DNA of 64,000 bases, from positions 59,086,001 through 59,150,000 of the forward strand of contig CM060732.1 in the NCBI GenBank assembly GCA_030704615.1, read 5' to 3'. A program made the position numbers and the translations under genes. This DNA is from Takakia lepidozioides. Its lineage: Eukaryota; Plantae; Bryophyta. A model generated the notes under the pieces. The model was not told the origin of the DNA, did not search any database, and saw only the letters and a list, made by a program, of their open reading frames with translations. Below are positions 59,568 to 64,000 of the stretch, in pieces (positions within the stretch are counted from its first letter, which is position 1; each line of letters starts with the position of its first letter).

Positions 59568-62500
59568 TGTCGCCCAGTACTGGTACTCCGCAAGGAGGAT
59601 CGAGATGATGAGGACACTGCCCATGAGAAGGAAGTCACTCTCCACTTTCTGCAAGAGGTAAGTAGCGGCTAAAACAACTTGCATGCATGTCGTTGAAAGA
59701 CGTGGGACAGACGAGAGCAGATGCCTGCGCCGTGAGCGCCATAGCCGAGTAGTTCTCGTCTGGATTGTGGTCCTACATGTGCTATCCTCATCGTGTTGCA
59801 ATCTTTCACGCCAACTTTGCTTTCTGAGTTCCTCTTAGGAAGCTTTGTGCATCGGACGTGGTTTGTACGTTGTACTTTTGTTACGTCTTGTCAGGTGAAT
59901 GCTTGATCATTTCCATTGATTTCCATAGCTGTCTAGGTCTGCGATGTGTACTACTGTCATGAATCATGAGTGTCCCAAACAGTGAGAATATACTGGACTA
60001 TCTTGAGGAGAAATGAAATGGTGCTTTATAACGTCCGCGGAAAGCTCGTAGAGCTTATGGGACAAAATGGAAGAAAACATGAGAGAGGAACAAATCCAGA
60101 AACCACAATTAATGTTCTAGCGATTGTCTAAGGGTGAAGGCCTCGTGTAGGTAGGCTGCCAAGCATTTTTGATCCTCATAGTGAAAGACATCAGTGAGAG
60201 TTTGGGTTCCACTGAAGAGGAAGCTCCAGTACGACAACGTTGGTAAGATTTAGTGTCTGTGGCAAACGTTCTAGTGGTGGGTGTAGGTATTCCACCCTCG
60301 GAAGAAAAAAGCAAAACACAAATTAGTCCTAGCAAAAAATAACATGCACGTACGGCGTAAATGCATGTCGCTCACCTCCCATCCTCCCCCGAGCTTTTTA
60401 TTTTTATGTCTCGCAAGAGACAACTACTTGTGCCCTATTGCAGTATTTATATACGACAAGTAAAACAATACAAAGGATATGGGATTATTACAATTAACTG
60501 GGAGGAGTGAATATGGTTCATTAAAAGATGGTTTCCATTTACTGTCCCCATTTGATTTTCTTAGACATAACCAACCCTAGGTCTACTCATCATATTCCTC
60601 CCTCTGCCAAGTTGACTCTCCAAATATAAGATAATACCTACATTCCCCCGCCCAGGTGGGTATCTAGTATCTACATATAGTGCAGAGAATGCGTAGACAG
60701 AAGTTGGTTATGAAAATGAGGTCATGCGATCCTGCGATCCTGCGTCATCTGCTCTTCTCTTTCACTCGCATCCTACTTTCCTGGCGACATGCAAACTCAT
60801 TTCTTCGCCTTTTGAGAACCTGCGGTGATTGGCGCCCCTGAAGATTAGGTAGTCAACTTCTGAAGTTTTTTGCCATACACGAGGAGTTCCCCAGGATTTG
60901 GGAGCGGAAAGTGATATGCAGATGGTTAAACTGAAAGCGCATGTTATACTTGTGGGTGGGTAGATCGCAGATTTCGCTTTGGCAGACTGTAACCGCCACA
61001 GCGAAACGACCCAGAAAACGGGAGACAAACAAGGAAAAGATGGAAGATTTGCTAGATAATTAACCGGGGATCTTCGTTCATCTGCATACATAGATTTCCC
61101 GAGAAGATTTCCTGCACTGCTAGATAATTATCCGCGCGCTAGGGGGGTCTTCGTTCATCTGCATACATAGATTTCCTGAGAAGATTTCCTGCAGTGCACA
61201 TGCCGAGCTTGTAGAGGATATCGGGCCGAACGTAAATGCTACCTGAAGGAACACACAGGGACAGATAGAACGAGTCCGTTTCAGAGAGAGAGGTCTTCCG
61301 TACCATACATTGGAGATTTCTGAGAGTTTTGCATAGACTGTAAATCCCATTGTGCTGTTAGAACAGTTACTTTCCTATCAGCGAAGAGACAGCGAGGGAA
61401 AGGGAGTTGGCAAGGTTTTGAGAATTTTGAAATCTAGATGGGTCCTTCAATGGAAATCTACAAGAAAATCAACGTCGCACGCTGTGTATGTGTCATTTAT
61501 TGGCAGTTTGCGTAATTATTTTGGACGGGACTGATCAGGAAGAAAAACAAAAGAAGACAGATGTGGACAATGATATCCGAAGATCACCAGCTGGTAATAC
61601 CTGATTGTGTACACTGATCTATGACGCGAGAGAGTGTTTGTTATAGAAACAATCCAGTCACAAGAATTACTGGAGGTACGTGACCCACCCTGTTCATTCC
61701 GATCTGTGGCAAACATTCTAGCTGCGAAGCTCTTATGGTGGGTGTAGGTATTCCAACCCTCGACCGTCCACACCAAGAAGAAACCAAAACAGCACAAAGT
61801 GAAATGCATGTGGCTCACCTCCCATCCTATCTATCATCCATCTACCAGGTCGGTTTAGGGCAATTGTTTTAATCAGGATTATCCCATATCGTTTGTATTG
61901 TTTTTACTTGCTTCTATAAATACTGAAATAGGGCACAAGTTGGTATCTCTTGCGAGACATAAAAGTAAAACGCTCGGGGGAGGATGGGAGGTGAGCCACC
62001 GTGCATGTTATTTTTTGCTCTTAATTTCTGTTTTGTCCATGTACATTTGGATCAATTCCCTGTAAAACCACGATGCCACATTTAGTGAAAGGCGATTACA
62101 CCACCCCAGCGGTTTAGGTATTCGAACCCTCGTCCGTAGCGGTCCAAATACATGGAGAAAAAAAGAAAAACAGAAATTAGGAGCAAAAAAGAACATGCAG
62201 GGAAATGCATGTCGCTCGCCTCCCATCCTCCCCCGAGCCACCAACTTGTGCGCTATTTCAGAATTTATAGCAGCAAGTCAAAACGATGCAAACGATATGG
62301 GATAATATTGACCAAAAGAATTGCCCTAAACTGGGTACTTGTGGCTTGGTTGTTCGAATAAGTAATTAAAATGACCGATCAGGATTATTGTGGCGAGTTA
62401 TGGAAGCGACAAGGGGGCTGTCTGCCCTGCATTTCTGAAACACTGGGGGCTCTGGGGGCTCGGATATACATCGGTGGGAGAAAGAGAGATCAGGTCCGTG

Positions 62501-62681
62501 CAGGAATGGACAGTGAGGGTCAACAAGGGGAAATTTGATAAGATTGAAGCATACTTGCAATTTGTGGAGTTGTTCGTCTTTTGCGAAGGCTGGGTAGTGT
62601 GCGAAGGAAGGATGCCTGCATGACCACCATCATAGTCTGGTGCATTGACGCAGGATCCTTACTACGCTTCCCTGCAACAAT
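59568..62681 (+). repeat. Copy B of the direct segmental duplication
   Basis: See 53234-56921. Confidence 0.92.
60012..60215 (-). mobile_element. ~200-bp 5'-truncated LINE insertion with tail
   Basis: Reverse complement of about 52941-53146, including the (CATTT)n tail. The empty site is present in copy A at about 53660. Confidence 0.9.
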
Positions 62682-64000
62682 ATGATAAGGGGAGCAGGCT
62701 GACTATTCAATGGAGCATCTCTGGATGTGCTTCCACCAATCACCATCCACTTCTCCTCCTATGTCATCCTACAATGTGAATTTCTGGCTAGGGTTGCTCA
62801 CCCTTTACAATTGTAGTCCAAGTACTTCGGCTATAAGAAGTATTGTCCTAAGCTCGAAGAGCTCATGCCCTGTCTAGAAGTGTGATGTTGATGGATGCGA
62901 TCATGTGTGCGTGCAGCCTTTCAGAGGACAGGACAGGACAGCTTTGGGAAGGGTGTCACCAAGTAATTGATGAATGCTATGGATTGGATTCAGATGTGAA
63001 CTAGAATGTAGAAAACTAGACTGTTTATAATGAACACTGAATGGGATGCCTTTCATGCTCAATATCATAATAATTCTTGTGTCAATCTTGAGCTTCAAAA
63101 TTAATTAGTATGTGATCTGGAAGATAATGCCCATTCTGTCCTCAATGCATCTTCATTTCCTCCATTTGCACTATATGGCAATGCACTAATGTCGAGCCAC
63201 AACTCTGGTGACCATGGTTCTTTACAAGGTACAGCCTTCCAACATTGTGAGTTCAAAAGTGTGTTTGACAAACGAAAGCTTCAATGTCCAAACCAATTTT
63301 TGCAATTTGAGGGTTCATCTTGCTTCCAGGGTAAACTGTTGATAATTGCCCGGCCCTTTCAACTTGTGAAAGTTTTGAAAGATGGTTTCTCTATGTAATC
63401 AGGGATGAAAGTCTTACTTAAAATGACTTCTATCTAGAACTTCCCTCAACAGCAAAACCACTTTCTTCCTCAGCGGCTCTTCGATCAACAATGGGCATCT
63501 CGGTATCATGCACAGAGCGATTGAGAGAGAGCCGTCGCTATGTCCCTAGATATACTCTTTGGTATTGTGACACAAATCTGTACACAAATACTAGGATCTT
63601 AGTGGGCTGCATTGTAGGCAGCCCTTAATGCCTCGCCATTAGGATCTCTTGGTCATTCCTGGTGGCACTTTTGAAGTTTCGGACTAACAGGGAAGGCGGG
63701 GTCCATAGTGGTAGCTAACATGCATGAACAAGTCCACAGGCACCAAGGCGGGTGGTTATGATGATATGAGAAATGCATTCAGATTACAAGCAAGACCCAA
63801 TTTGGCTCATACCTTGCGAGGCTCTATGATGTCACACCAAACCATTTCTGCTTTCAGTCATGACCTGAAATAAGATTCTTCACACCTGCAGTTTTAAGTA
63901 GAATCAGAGAAGATGCTATTTTGGGCATAATAGGTAGAAGACTTGGCTCAATTGATGATCTAGAATATTGGATGGCATATTCAAGATGATCTCTGGATAT

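Overview
This is repeat-rich eukaryotic DNA, most likely from a non-seed land plant such as a fern, lycophyte or bryophyte (inferred from the host gene fragments and TE families). Only one host gene looks intact: an intronless NAD(P)-binding Rossmann-fold gene at 293-1132 (-). The rest is nested and rearranged transposon sequence. (1) A non-chromovirus Ty3/gypsy element (4432-15201, +) with an internally inverted gag and a long extra 3' ORF, plus a second 3'-end copy (42637-45232, -). (2) A truncated DNA-transposon module (15202-22092) in which an intron-containing gene with a ParB/Srx-like DGNHR motif and a GCM-like zinc-finger/MULE transposase lie head-to-head across about 20 copies of the palindrome GATGAATTTCGGCGCCGAAATTCATC. 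These copies are spaced at about 53, 64 or 74 bp (5, 6 or 7 helical turns) and also occur in pairs in the gene's non-coding parts; this is the most unusual structure in the window. (3) A ~6.4 kb inverted duplication around a 500-N gap, containing a CACTA/CMC-type transposase 5' end, captured CCDA exons and a chromovirus. (4) A near-intact RTEX-like LINE with ORF1 and ORF2 in one frame across a single TAG, plus two truncated copies. (5) A ~3 kb direct duplication and a chain of captured host exons (DnaJ, GDSL lipase, sigma factor, GC1-like epimerase, TPR).
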